Assembly: GCF_018977255.1 (NCBI RefSeq)
Contig: NW_024704743.1
Location: 5,892,001 to 5,956,000 of the forward strand
Source: Callorhinchus milii
Taxonomy: Eukaryota
Length of the DNA stretch: 64,000 nt
Direction: 5' to 3'
Positions 12,979 through 50,000 of this stretch are shown one piece after another. The stretch's first letter is position 1, and every line of letters starts with the position of its first letter. Both the position numbers and the translations under genes were made by a program. The notes beneath the pieces were generated by a model. That model did no database searches, had not been told where the DNA came from, and saw only the letters and a program-made list of their open reading frames with translations.

Positions 12979-14775
12979 TAGTTTATTATCGTTCTGTAAG
13001 GTCATGCTCTCTCTAACCTGCAATTGTGCAGCTAAGCTGAGAACTGCTTTACGAAGACTTTATGTATTTCAGTTCAATTTGATTACTTATTATCCCTCTT
13101 ATGCTTTCTGCTTTTCTGTGACCTATGGTTCTGTGGGCACGAGTTAATGATCTGATACCTTGTCCAAATAGTACTCTCCTATTTGGGAGAAGAGTGGGGG
13201 GAAAGAGGGATAAGCAGGAACTGAGATGACTCCACGACCACATGCTTGGCAATGGAATGTCGGAATCGAGTCAACCCTCTGGCGGTAGTCTGGTTCCTGA
13301 GCCAGGTGAGTCCACAGTGCTGCAGGGTACTGCTGAAGATAAACCAGTTAGCCTTCCTCATTGAGAGGACTTGGAAGGGATGATCAGTCCCTGGGGGCAG
13401 TGATTCTTCCCACTCGGCTCCTGTAAACTCTGCAAGACGAAGCCCTGGTGGGTAGAATGGCCCTATCTAGACAGGCAGCAGGAAGCCTGCCAGGCAGGTC
13501 TCTCAGAGGCAAATTATGCAGTTTTAGTGGGTAAACTCCAGCAGTATTCCTACTCCAGTCCAGGTCCTTGCGCTTATCCAGATGCATTTTGAGACGTCTC
13601 AAAGCGCTTCACAGAATATATTGTAAAGTGAATTGACCGTACATTTTGTGGGCAAAACGTATGGCACAGGTTTAGATATTTAATGTGGGTTTTGCTTCTG
13701 GAGTTTTGATTTATTTTCCTTTGAAGTCTGTCAAAGCATGACTTGTACTGGTGTATTCGTGAACTGTCAAGGTCCACTTAACCCATCATTTTTTAAATTA
13801 GTTTTAGTGCCGCTCCTCTGCCACTCTATAGCCCTTGTGATTTGTTTTGCTTCCCACCTTCGAAAATTGTAAGATGTTTGCCTGAGAGCGTACAGCTCGG
13901 CTGCTGTTGTTTCCCTGCGTGCATTCTAGATTTGCATGGTGAAGTAGCCTGACCTATATCAGCAGCACAGCAGGCAGCTGCAACTGAGTCGTGACAAGAG
14001 AGGTATCAGCTCATTTGATGGGGAAGGATCAGCTCATTTGATTTCATCTTTCCAGAATGCCCAACCTACCTTCTCCCACGACAGCATCAAGCTGTCTGTT
14101 GAATGAGCTGAGCATCACAGCTTTACCGCACCACGGCTTCAACCACCCTTTTCTTGTAACACAAAATATATTTTCACCCACAAAACGTGCAGTCAGTTCA
14201 CTTTACAGGACACTGTGTGAAGCGCTTTGAGACGTCTTGAAGACGTGATAAGGTGCTATATCAAATGCAAGGATTATTATTATATATGTTACAGATGTTA
14301 ATACTTACCATGCTGTAATGAAATACTTCTACTGTCCTGAAATTGGCCTTCACAAGGCCGAACCCTCTTGACCAGCTGTTACCTTAGGAATATCTGAAAG
14401 TATTCTTCTAGGTTTACTTTTTTTAATCCCAATTATAATCTTATACACTTCTATAAGGTCCCCTCTGAGACTTCTCTTTTCAATGCTATCTAACAGGGGG
14501 GATGGTGCTATCTGGACAAGCATTGACAAGCTTGTCAGACAGTGCTTTCAATGGCAGCCTATAATAATAATCATCCTTGCATTTGATATTGCGCATTATC
14601 ACGCTTTCGAGATGTCTCAAAGTGCTTCACAGAATACACTGTAAAGTGAATTGACTATGTGGGTTTAGCTGGTTAAACTTCAGCAGTGCTGAACCTCACA
14701 CTCTGGGGTCCTCAAACCTTTATTTTTGCCAACCTGCACCTAATACTTTCCAGAATAAGGTAAGCAGCATATGTA

Positions 14776-15132
14776 ATACAATAATAATAATCCTTGCATT
14801 TGATATAGAGCATTACCATGTCTTTGAGATGTCTCAAAGCACTTAACAGAATACACTGTAAAGTGAATTGACTGTATATTTTGTGGGTGAAACACGGCAG
14901 CCAATTGCGCACAGCAGAGTCCCACAAACAGTCATGGATTTAGTGACCAAATTATTATTTTTTTTAAAGGAATTATTACCCCTGGAAAAGTGATCCACCA
15001 ATCGACTAACAACTGGGTAAAGAGAGGCATGTGGAGTAAGGAAACCTGCCCAACGTTTCGCTCTGTCGGGAATCGAACCCAGGTCCTCTCGCTTGTGAGG
15101 TGAGTGCTCTACCCACTGAGGTACAGGACTCC
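14776..15132 (-). mobile_element. tRNA-derived SINE nested in an older repeat
   Basis: Full head-to-tail match; the flanks rejoin into the repeat seen intact at 8990-9265. Confidence 0.9.
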
Positions 15133-16757
15133 ACGGATGGATCCCTCAAGGGAGAGAGTGCACATTCCATTCCAGACAAGGGAATTTCCACATGCAGGTG
15201 GCAAACGTAGAACTCTCAGTCTGGTTTGGATATTCTTAAGCAATGTGATAGGTTTGTGCATGTGTCAGCCCGGTGGACCAAGAAAAACTAGCTGTTCCCC
15301 ATAGGGGTTTTAAAAGCATTTAAAGTGATTATCTAGAGGTTGAGATGGGCTTGTAGCAACTGAGTCCCATTCTGTTGCCTGCATTCCTAGGTAAACTTTA
15401 AATATAATTAAATAGATAACTTGGGGGATTTGTGTTGGTGTGAAAAAATTAATATTAGAACAATTTATCTGACACCAGAGACATACCGTCGGAAATTACC
15501 CAGTCGTCGGAAATCCCAGGGGACATTTTACAGAAGTTATAAGATCGAGATGCACATTCTACAAGTGAAGTGGCTGCAAGGGTCAGAGGGACAAGACTGT
15601 GAGGCACTGTCAGAATTAATGCTTTAGCAGCAGTTTGGGGGGAATGTGCCACAGGACACAAGGGTTTATATCCAATTTATATCCGCCATATATATATGAC
15701 AGTTATGGAACCGTGTGAAATCCATCAGCTCTGTACAACTGTCAACTCTGAACTACTTAATACCACCTCCAGACTAATAAGCAGTTGGAGAGGTAGACAG
15801 GATATGCTGTGAAGTGGTGTGACTGTATTTTGTGCGCAAACTTGGTAACCAATTTGCACACAGCAGAGTCCCAAAATAGCCATGCAATGAATGACCAATT
15901 TGGGGGGATTGTTGACCAGATATTTGTCGGGTGGAAAGGTTTAAAAGAGCAAGAAGAGAAGCAGAGGCTGAGAATGAAAAAGGAGCAAAAAGGAGAGAAA
16001 AAAAAGCTTTTGTGACAGTCACTTCTGGCGCAATGAGAAAAAACAAAAGGCTAAAGATATTTACTTTCATTGACTACTTAATTAGGTAGTCTGTTAAAAA
16101 ATGCTGTACTATTCAGTATTCAGATTTGGTAAACAATAATTATTATTATTAACGTTAGCAAGCTCAGAAAGGGAAAAAAATATGAAGGTAGTGTTTAGTA
16201 TCTAGAATTAGTAGCGGCAGATTTTTATTTAGTCTATATTAGAAGTCAATAAATAAGGTAAATAATGAGGTATAAAGTGATTTTTTGTTTAGAAAGTAGG
16301 AAGTTAGTATATTTCAGGAGAAAAACAATGGAATTGAATTACACAGAACTTTACAGCACAGAAACAGATCTTCCTGCCGACTAATCCTTGCCAGTGTTTG
16401 GACTCCAGCAAAGCCTCCACCCTTCTTAATCCCCGTTCCTATGCTCCTCTATTTCCCTCTCCCACATGAATCAGTTTCCTCTTAAATACTTTGATGCTTT
16501 TGGCTTCTGTCATGGACTTCCTCCCACACTACCTTTTATACCCTCTAGTAGCTATTATATTTTTAAGTACTTGTAGCTCAGTAGCTCAAGTGGAAACTGT
16601 GTATTAAAATTTAGCCCACCTTATTGAATTTTTTAATAAATTTTAAAAGCCTCTCTCAGGTCCCATCTCAATCTTCTCATCTCCAGAAAGAAAACCTCCA
16701 AACTTTCTTGATAACCATATCTATTTATCATCCAAGTACATGTACACTGCACTGTTT

Positions 16758-17662
16758 ACAACAACAACAACAACAAGATTCCATTTATTGAGCGCCTTTC
16801 ACGTCGGGAGGACGTCCCAAGGCGCTGTACAGTTGGGTCAGGATCTGAGCAGGGGGGAAATGGTCAGGGTGAGGGGAGGGAAGGGAGGGAGCGAGGAGGG
16901 GTAGAGAGTCGAGAGGGGAGCTGAAGGCACGGTCAAAGAGAAAGGTCTTGAGACCGGCCTTGAAGGAGGAAAGGGAGGAAGCGGCGAAGGCACTGGGGGA
17001 TAGAGTTCCAGAGCCTCGGGGCTGAGAGGCTGAAGGCCCGGCCACCGATAGTAGGGCGGTTGGGGCGGGGGATGTGGAGCAGACCGGAGCCAGAGGAACG
17101 GAGGGTACGGGCAGGTAGGTAGGGGTATAGTAGGTCGGAGAGGTAGGAGGGAGCAAGGCCATGAATGGCCTTGTAGGTGAGGATGAGGATCTTGAATTCG
17201 ATCCTCTGGGGGATGGGGAGCCAGTGGAGGCGAGCGAGGGTGGGAGTGATGTGGTCCCGAAGCCTGGTGCGGGACAGTACACGAGCTGCAGAGTTCTGAA
17301 TGACCTGCAGCTTGTGGAGGGAGTGCGGGAAGGCCGGCGAGGAGAGAGTTCCCATAGTCCAGCCTTGAGGTGATAAAGGCGTGGACCAGAGTTTCAGCAG
17401 CGTGAGGGGTGAGGTAGTGCCGTAGTCTGGCGACATTCCGGAGGTGATGGAAGGTGGTGCCAGTTGTGGCGCGGATATGGGGGGGGAAAGGACAGCTCAG
17501 GGTCGAACAGAACCCCGAGGTTCCTGACCGGCTTTGAGAGGTGGAGAGTGCAGCCTTGGAAGCTGATGCTGTCAGCGCCTGAGGTGCGGAGACGCTGGCG
17601 CGAGCCAATCAGGAGGGCCTCTGTTTTGCGCACGTTGCGCTCGTTGAGCTGGAGAAAGTTTA
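16758..17662 (-). mobile_element. L2-clade LINE, 5'-truncated, young
   Basis: [66 protein letters not shown]; (TTG)n tail; frameshifts. Confidence 0.95.
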
Positions 17663-18021
17663 AGCGTTGGAAGCATAGAAACATTGTGTTAAATGTTTTC
17701 AAAAAGGAACTGGGAGCTTCCAATGATATTTCATTCTGGCCCATTTCACATGTCTACAAAGTCATTGCTTCCAACAGTGTTGCATTGCCTATCTCAGGGA
17801 GTTGCTGGCCTTCACATGAGATAAGCTAATTATGTCTGTTTCCTGGACAGGTCAGCAGCAACAGGGGGTCACAGTGAGTTTGGCTAAACAAGGGTTTCAC
17901 AAACATAATAGCAGAAATTCAATGCACGATATGCGGCACAGCTCAGATTCTCCTCAATAGGAAGTCATTTGAAGAAAAATACTGTTCCATATGGTTGATA
18001 TTGTTTCACTTATTTTGGTAT

Positions 18022-18397
18022 AATTATAATAATAATAATCCTTGCGTTTGATATAGCGCCTTATCATGTCTTCGAGACATCTCAAAGCGCTTCACAGAAT
18101 ATACTGTAAAGTGAATTGACGGTATGTTTTGTGGGCAAAAGGCGGCAGCCAATTGCGCACAGCAGCATCTCACAAATAGATGTGGATTGAGTGACCAAAT
18201 TTTTTTTTGAGGGGATTATTAACCCACCAGAAAAGCAATCCGCCAAACGACTAACAACCGGGTTCCTACTTACTGCTCGGTAAACGTAGGCGTGTGGAGT
18301 AAGGAAACTTGCCCAAGGTTTTGACTTGCCCAGGAATTGAACCCGGGTTCTCTCACCTGTGAGGCGAGTGCTCTAACCACTTACACTACAGGCGTCC
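18022..18397 (-). mobile_element. tRNA-derived SINE, long variant
   Basis: Family match with an extra internal segment. Confidence 0.9.
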
Positions 18398-20382
18398 AAA
18401 TTAATGATTACCCTTTGCTGTTATTTTGGATTATTTTAAATAAAACAATTTAAAAATAATAGTGCTGAGATGTCAGGTGATAGCAAAATCATTAGCTGTA
18501 TCAGCTCCCATATACCTGGTTAACAATCCCCTAAATAAAATTGATCACTCACTCCAAAGCTCTCGTGGGACATTGCTGTGCGGTGGCATTTGCCTACAAA
18601 ATACAGTCACACCGCTTTGCAGTATATCCTGTGAACTACTTCTAGACATCTCGACGACGTGTTGAGGCTTAAATCAAATGCAATGATTATGCCAAATGGC
18701 TATGATTTGCCTCATAAAGCATTGCATAATTACAAGGGAGAAAAATGCGTTTCCAAAGTACTCTAAAAAGCTTTTTAAAAAATTATTTATTTGCTTGCTG
18801 ATGGTTTGCACAAAGAATTTCAGCCCTGTGAAATCCACGAAAAAGTACCAACTGAAGACTGCAATGCAGAGCACCCCAGCAATGGTTGAAAAAGGTAGGA
18901 ATTCAATACACATAAATGCAAGATACTGCATATAGGAAGTAAAAATAGGAGACACACATATTCCCCGGATAGGATGTGCCAAGGGTGAAGCTGAGACACC
19001 CAAGAGAGCCAATTGATTCATCGGTAGCTTGGGAGAAGGAGGGAATCAGTGATATTTTTAATGTAATAATAATCATTGCATTTCGTGTAGAGCCCTGCTA
19101 CATGGCCTAGATGTCTCAAAGCGCTTCACGGGATATACTGAACTGTAAAGTACAGGGACAGTGTATTTTGTGGGTGAACTCTGCAGCCAATTTGTGGACA
19201 GCAATGTCCCACAACAGTTTAATGTATCATCTGGAGGACAAAATAAGTGGGGTGTGTTTGAATTGTGCACAAATTGGCTGCAAAGTTCACCCCAAAGGAG
19301 CAGAGCACTTACCTGGTGTTAGCAAAAATAGGGTATAATAGGGTAAGATTGATAGATTTCTCTGAGATTGATAGATTCCTTGTAGATAAAAGGATTAAGG
19401 GATATGGGGATAAGGCAGATAGGTGGAGTTAGAATAGATTAGCCATGATCTTATTGATTGGTGGGGCAGGCTAAAGGGGCCGAATGGCCTACTCCTGCTC
19501 CTAATTTTTATGTTCTTATGTATACCTCTAAAACCATGAGGAGCATTCAGGAATACACTGGTGACATTAAAATGGCAGGTGCCAACCACAAGAGGAATCT
19601 CAGACACCCAGAGCAATTAAATATAATGGAATCAGGCCTGGAGGTCCTCACCAAAAAGGAGATACAAGATCTGATAGAAATCAATACTGTTTGGTGCACC
19701 ATGTCAGTCTGTATTTGTGATGAAAAATGTTGCAGAACAAAAACCTGTATTGATGAAAACTTGACAGAAAACTTGAAAGCTTTTGTCTTTTCCAGAGCTA
19801 ACAATGAAGCTGTTAACAGGTTGTTGCTTTCATGGCATTTGAAATGAAGGAGCTTTATTTAGTCACGTATGGAAAGATATTCAAAAAATACCCAAAAAGG
19901 CTCTCACAGAATTGCTTCACAGTCAAATGTGCTTCCCCATCCGAATGCAAAAGTTGCTGTAAAGAAGAATAGCCATGATGTAACTTTCAAATCCCAAAGG
20001 CTGGGCCGCGTGAAATCTTTGGTACTAGCAGCATTCTGAGCAGGAAGAGCAAAACATATTCTAGTAAAAAAACAAATGATCAGCTTCCCGTGATACCACT
20101 GCTCACATGGCTCAAGCTGTACGATGCTCTGGTCACCATAACCACCCTAAAGGGAGGTTCCCAGCCCTGCAGACAGGGCAGAGGAGAACAAGGAGAATTG
20201 ATCCCCAGTGCTACAGCGATGATAAGATAGGGTTCTTCAGCTTTGACCAGAAACGTTTCACGGGAGAGCTTATAGATTTCGATAAATCCAGAACAATACT
20301 TTCATGTACCAAGATAAGAATCCAGCTTCAGGGTTATGAAGGGCAATTTTATGTAACAATTCCCAATATCTATCACCATATA

Positions 20383-20693
20383 GGAGGCCTGTAGCTCAGT
20401 GGTTAGAGCATTCTAACAAGCGAGAGACCTGGGTTCGATTTCCGGCAGTGTGAATGCTTGGGCAAGTTTCCTTACTCCACACGCCTGATAATGAACCCTC
20501 AAGAAAAAAAAACGATAATAAATTGATCAGTTCAATCCACGACTGTTTGTGAGATGCTGCTGTGCACAATTGGCTGCCGCATTTCGTCCACAAATATACA
20601 GTCAATTCACCTTACAATATATTCTGTGAAGCGCTTTGAGGCATCTAGAAGACGTGATAAGGCGATATATCAAATGTAAGGATTATTATTATT
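20383..20693 (+). mobile_element. tRNA-derived SINE about 110 nt past the SelO-like stop codon (antisense to the gene)
   Basis: Family match. Confidence 0.92.
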
Positions 20694-20803
20694 AGGAATG
20701 GACCTTGCAACAGTGTCCATTTGTTTTCTACATTTAAGAATTATATATAACTTCAAAGTACAAGCGAGAGATTTTGCCACTATATCGTGGCTTATGGTCA
20801 TCT

Positions 20804-44908
<24,105 letters not shown>

Positions 44909-45666
44909 ACTTGCGGGCGGGGTTAAATCTATTCCTTTCACTCTTCGTAACAATTCCCCATGACGCACGACAACGTGCAATTTAAGACAACAATAATAAT
45001 AACTCTTGCATTTGACAGGACTTGTAGATTTGCTTGAGTTCTGTTCCCTTCCATTTTGATGAACGCAGATTCGAGAGAAAAAAAAGCAGCAAAATATCTA
45101 CCCCATTCCAGAGCTAATCGGGTAAAGATTCATTTTCTCCCTCTCCCCCGTTCCCCTGCTTTTTTTTTAATACAAAAAAAAAGAAGAAAAAAGCTTCAGG
45201 CTCAGGCAGGCAGCGTTCCCACAAGGAAGAGGAGAAACAAAAGGAAGTGAGAGCTGAGCCCGTTGACGTCGCTTCAAGTGGGCAACAACCTGGGTTAACT
45301 CCTCCCCGTCCTGGGAATGATTTAACGTGAGAGAGAATGTAATTTAGTTCAGTATCCAGTGTTCCGGGTTCAAATCCCTTCGCTCCCCGGCACCTCCCTA
45401 CCTCCTCACCCCCCCCCCCCCCAATCCACCGCCCGGAGCCTCCGCTCGACCGGCGCCGGCCTCCCGCTCGTCCCTCGCGCCCTCCGTCACCCACCATCGG
45501 AGGTCGCGCTTTCAGCCCCTACGCCCCGAAACTCTGGAACGCTCTCCCTCAACCCCTCCGCCTTGCCCCCGCTTTCAAGTCCTGCCTTCCCCTTCCCCCT
45601 CCCCCCCAACCCGGCTCGGAGTCAGACTTCGGCACCGTTAAGCGCCCCGAGACCCTACCCCTGTGT

Positions 45667-46291
45667 TGGGGGGAGGGAAGGGGGAGAGGGGGGTAAGGAA
45701 GGAAGGAGGGAAGGGGGAGAGGGGGGGAAGGAAGGAGAGAGGGAAGGGGGAGAGGGGGGTAAGGAAGGAAGGAGGGAAGGGGGAGAGGGGGGTAAGGAAG
45801 GAGGGAGGGAAGGGGGAGAGGGGGGTAAGGAAGGAAGGAGGGAAGGGGGAGAGGGGGGTAAGGAAGGAGGGAGGGAAGGGGGAGAGGGGGGAAGGAAGGA
45901 GGAGGGAAGGGGGAGAGGGGGGAAGGAAGGAGGGAAGGGGAGAGGGGGTAAGGAAGGAGGGGGGGGGAGGGGGGTAAGGAAGGAGAGAGGGAAGGGGGAG
46001 AGTGGGGTAAGGAAGGAAGGAGGGAAGGGGGAGAGGGGGGAAGGAAGGAGGGGGAGGGGGAGAGGGGGTAAGGAAGGAGGGAAGGGGGAGGGGGGAAGGA
46101 GGGGGGGAGGGGGGAAGGAGGGGGGGGGGGGGAAGGAGGGAGGGAAGGGGAGAGGGGGGAGGGAAGGGGAGAGGGGGAAGGAAGGAGGGGGGAGAGGGGG
46201 GAGGGAAGGGGGAGAGGAGAGAGGCGAGAGAGGGGAAGGGGGGAGGAGAGGGGGAAGGAGGAGTGGGGGTGGGGGTGAAAGGGGAGGGGGG
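45667..46291 (+). repeat. Polypurine minisatellite, 33-bp unit (GGGAAGGGGGAGAGGGGGGTAAGGAAGGAAGGA), about 7 clean copies then degenerate
   Basis: Read directly; appears as an 11-aa repeat ([11 protein letters not shown]) in the ORF track. Confidence 0.95.
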
Positions 46292-46359
46292 AAATTTTTT
46301 TAAAAAAAGTTTTTTGTAGGTTTTAAATTAAAAAAAAACTAAACTTCTTTGTTTTACAC

Positions 46360-47000
46360 ACACGCGCGCGCGCGCGGACGGTCGACACCCCGAAAACCCG
46401 CCCAATTGGGCGTGAAGCCGCCCTCACCTGAGGCCACCCCGCCCGCCCGCCCGCCAGCCAACGGCCGGTTTGTGGGCGGCTCCCGGCGTGCCCCGCGCGC
46501 TGAGGGCGGGAAGGGCGGGCGGGTGACGCGGGTTAAACATGGCGCTGCCTCTGAGCCGTTACTGCGCGAGGAGCTCACTGAGCGCGTGCGGCCGCTGGGG
46601 GCTCGAGCGGGGCCGGGGGAGCGCCGGCGGCGGAGGAGGCGGCGGCGGCGTGAGCGCTTCTCTCAAGGTAAAAGGAAGGAAGAAAGAACGAGGGAGGAGG
46701 AGGAGGAGATAGGAGGGGAGGGCGGCAGGACACGCGCAAGGACACGGCGGAAGCAAGGCCGCCTCTGCCGAGATAGGGGACAGAGGGAGGGAATGGAGGA
46801 GAAAGGTCACCGCTCCTCTGGAGGAAGGAGACCGGAGCATGGCCGGCGGGCGGTCAGGGCCGGGCCGGGCCGGAGTGGGCGCGGCCTTGGCGGTGGCTGT
46901 GTGTGGCACCGACTGGCTCAGATAGGGGGGCGGTCACCTCACCCCAATACCGGGCACGGCGGGTGGTCGCTGTGTTGGCGAGACTGGGCATCGGTGGTCC
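46360..47000. promoter_or_regulatory. CpG island and TATA-less PDSS1 promoter
   Basis: Dense CpG in an otherwise CpG-depleted window; (CG)n run near 46362-46376; CCAAT palindrome 46401-46410; several GGGCGG boxes; YY1-like AACATGGCG over the start codon. Confidence 0.85.
46539..46667 (+). CDS. PDSS1: PDSS1 exon 1 (presequence-like, poly-Gly)
   Basis: aacATGG Kozak context in CpG island; [46 protein letters not shown]|gtaaaa. Confidence 0.85.
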
Positions 47001-50000
47001 CACTGCATCATCATCATCATCATCATCATCATAATAATAATAATAGTAATAATCCTTACGTTTGATGTAGCGCCTCTCTCATCGGGTTCGATTTCCTTCC
47101 TAACCCCACACCCGTTCCCTGACCCGGACCGCTTTATTCCCACCCCCACCCCCACCCTCACCCTCACCCACCTCCGGCTCGTCGGCCGCCGCCGTCCCCG
47201 TACCACCTCACAGCCGACGCGGCTGAAACCCTCGTCCGCGCCTTTCTCGCTTCCCCCGGCCGGACGATTCCAATGCCCTCCTCCAGCTCCAGTGTACGCA
47301 GAGTACAGCTGATCCCGCACGGACCCCGACCCGCACACAACCCTGTGCCCCCATCACACCGGCCCCGGCCAGGACCCTCCACCGGCTCCCAATCACCGGA
47401 CGGATTGATGTCAAGATCCTCTCGCTCGTTTTCGGATCGCTCAATGCCCTCCTCGCACCTCCCTACCCATCCGTCCTGCTTACCTCCCGCTCCCCCACCC
47501 GCCGCCGCCGCTTGTCCGGCTCCAGCCTCCTGTTCGTCCTTTCACGCCCTCCGTTCCACCATCGGTGGCCGTGCTTTCAGCCAATACGCCCCGAAACTCT
47601 GGAACTCTCTCCCTCTCCTTCAAATCCCTGATCGTGCTCACCGTCACCTCCCTCTCCCCCGGCTCGTTGCTCGTGGAGGCGCTGGCGAGAGCCGATCAGG
47701 AGGGCCTCGGTCTTGTTGGCATTGAACTGAAGAAAGTTCGCTCTCTTCGGGACTTGATGTCTGACAGACATTCTGTCAGGACAGCAGTGGTCCTGGAGTC
47801 GAGGGTGGGGGCAGAGAGGTAGAGTTGGGTGCCATCCGCATACATGTGGAAGTTGACCCCATGTCTGCGGATGATGTCACCAAGAGGGAGAATATAGATA
47901 TTGAAGAGGGGATCAAGGACAGAGCTCTGAGGAATGCTGCACAAGACTGTGCAGGGGCTCGAGGAAAAGCCGTTTGGAGATGCAGTGGAAACGGTGTGAG
48001 AGGGAGGATCTGAACTATGAAGGTTGAAGTGAAAGGAGAGGCAGTGGAGGAGGTTAGAGTGGTCAAGGAGGATGAGAAGGCAGAGGGAGGCTTGGCCACA
48101 GATGGACAAAATGGGAAACTGGAGGGGCTCGTGATGGGAGTGGTGGGAGAGAGAGGAACAGTGATGCACATTCAGAGGTGGGTTTTGGGGGCGATAGAGC
48201 AGAGAGGGCATGAGAAGAGAGCAGGCCACAGGTGAAAGCTTGACAATCTACAGTGGAGTGAGGGAGGAGTAGCATGTGCAGCAGAGCAGAGTTTGGCAGA
48301 ACAGAGGGAATGCATAAGCATTCTGTTAATTTTTAGCAGTAAAATGTATGTGTGAGTTTGGAGTCTTCCCTCCCCTGGTTGCTAGAAAGTGGTAACTGGT
48401 GATAGGGTACAAGCTATGGGTGCTATACACCCAGTGACATTTGCCAGATAATGCTTTCAATGGCATGCTATGTGTTTTTTTTTTTAGCTGGTTAAATTCC
48501 AGCATTACCCTAACAAACACTCTGGGGTCTCCCAAGTGTTGGCTCTTGCCAATCTGCATCTAATGCTCTGGAATTCAGTAAGCAGCAACATCTGCTTACC
48601 TTTACATAGTGCCCTTCACGTAAGATAGTGTCTCAGACTGCAGGGTGCATGCCTCCAGGGTGAGAATGCACATTCCATTCCAACGCACGTGTGGTTTGCA
48701 TACCTATGTGATGAGCTTAGGCACATGGCTGATGACGTTTTGTTTTTAAAAAGTAAAAGTTGGTGACCACCACATCCCAAGTTACCAATAAGAATCAACA
48801 ATTACAACTAATTCCCTTGTATTCTTCACTCAATACCTCTGTAAATGTCGTGAATGGATTTAATTATTTTACCTTATTCCTATCGCCTTTATTTCATTGC
48901 TTCTGTGGCGTCCCGTAGCATAGTGGTTAGCAAACTTGCCTCATAAGCGAGAGGACTCAGGTTTGATTCCCGGCCAGCAAGTTTTGTTACTCCATGCGCC
49001 TCTGTTTATCTAGCAGTAAAAATTTAAAAAATGACCTAGTAGTAAAAAAAATCGACTAACTCAGTTGTGGTTGATTGGCAGGGATTTCTCGGGGTAATAG
49101 TCCCTCAAAAAAAATTATCACTCAATCCACGACTGTTTGTGCGATCCCGCTGTGCGCGATTGGCTGCTGCGTTTCACCCCCAAAATACACAAATCAATTC
49201 ACTTTATGATACATTCTGCGAAGTGCTTTACGATGTCTTGAAGGCACGATAAGGCGCTATATCAAATGCAAGGATTAATTTTATTATTATTGGGCAGTTC
49301 CTGTTAACCCTCAGAAAAATAAAAGGGGTTTCTCCATTCTGATCATTCATTCCCATTATGATAATATCTTCTAAAATTTAAACCATCTTTCTCTATCGAA
49401 TACTGATCAAATGGCTATGCATTTTAAAATGCAATACAGTTTACATTTATATTGTGCCTTCAAGTCAGGAGGGCATCTTTTTCCTTGGCTCTCATACCGA
49501 GCTTGGGAGGCACCATTCTAGCCTTGCGGGCAGGACTATCGCCTCTGAATCAGAAGATTGAGGTTGTGGTTTCAAGTCCAATGTTGGGACTTTGAGTTCT
49601 TGGCTGACATTCCAGGAAGGTGCTGTGAGCATTGCATTGTTTGAGTTGCCATCCTTTGGATGGCATGTTAAACTGAAGTCCAGTTTACCTGTTTATATGA
49701 ATGTTATTAATCTGGCAGAACTTTTTTTTTAAAAAAAGAGATGGGATTTTTTTCCTGGTGTCTTGGCCAACAGTCCACCAAATAAAATTGGTCATTCACT
49801 TAATGGCTGTTTGTAGAATATTGCTGTGAGAAAATGGCTGCTGTGTTTGCCTTCAAAGTAATTCCTGTAAAGGTCATTGAGACATTTTGACAACATGATA
49901 AGCTTCTATATCAAATACAAGGATTATTATTTCCAAACCACTGGTTTGAGGATACTGACAGTTTTGAACCTTTCCTGTAAAATGATTGAACCAAGAGTTT

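Noticed and set aside
19458..20394. ORFs of 129 and 95 aa as a novel gene
   Set aside because: The start lies in a CR1 tail and the later part resembles decayed CR1 ORF2; no coherent splice structure.
45359..46303. 314-aa ORF with [10 protein letters not shown] repeats
   Set aside because: Translation of an L2 fragment plus the purine minisatellite; it is stop-free only because of base composition.
46349..47065. 238-aa ORF with poly-Arg and poly-His
   Set aside because: Alternative frame across the CpG island and the (CAT)n microsatellite; the real exon is 46539-46667 in another frame.
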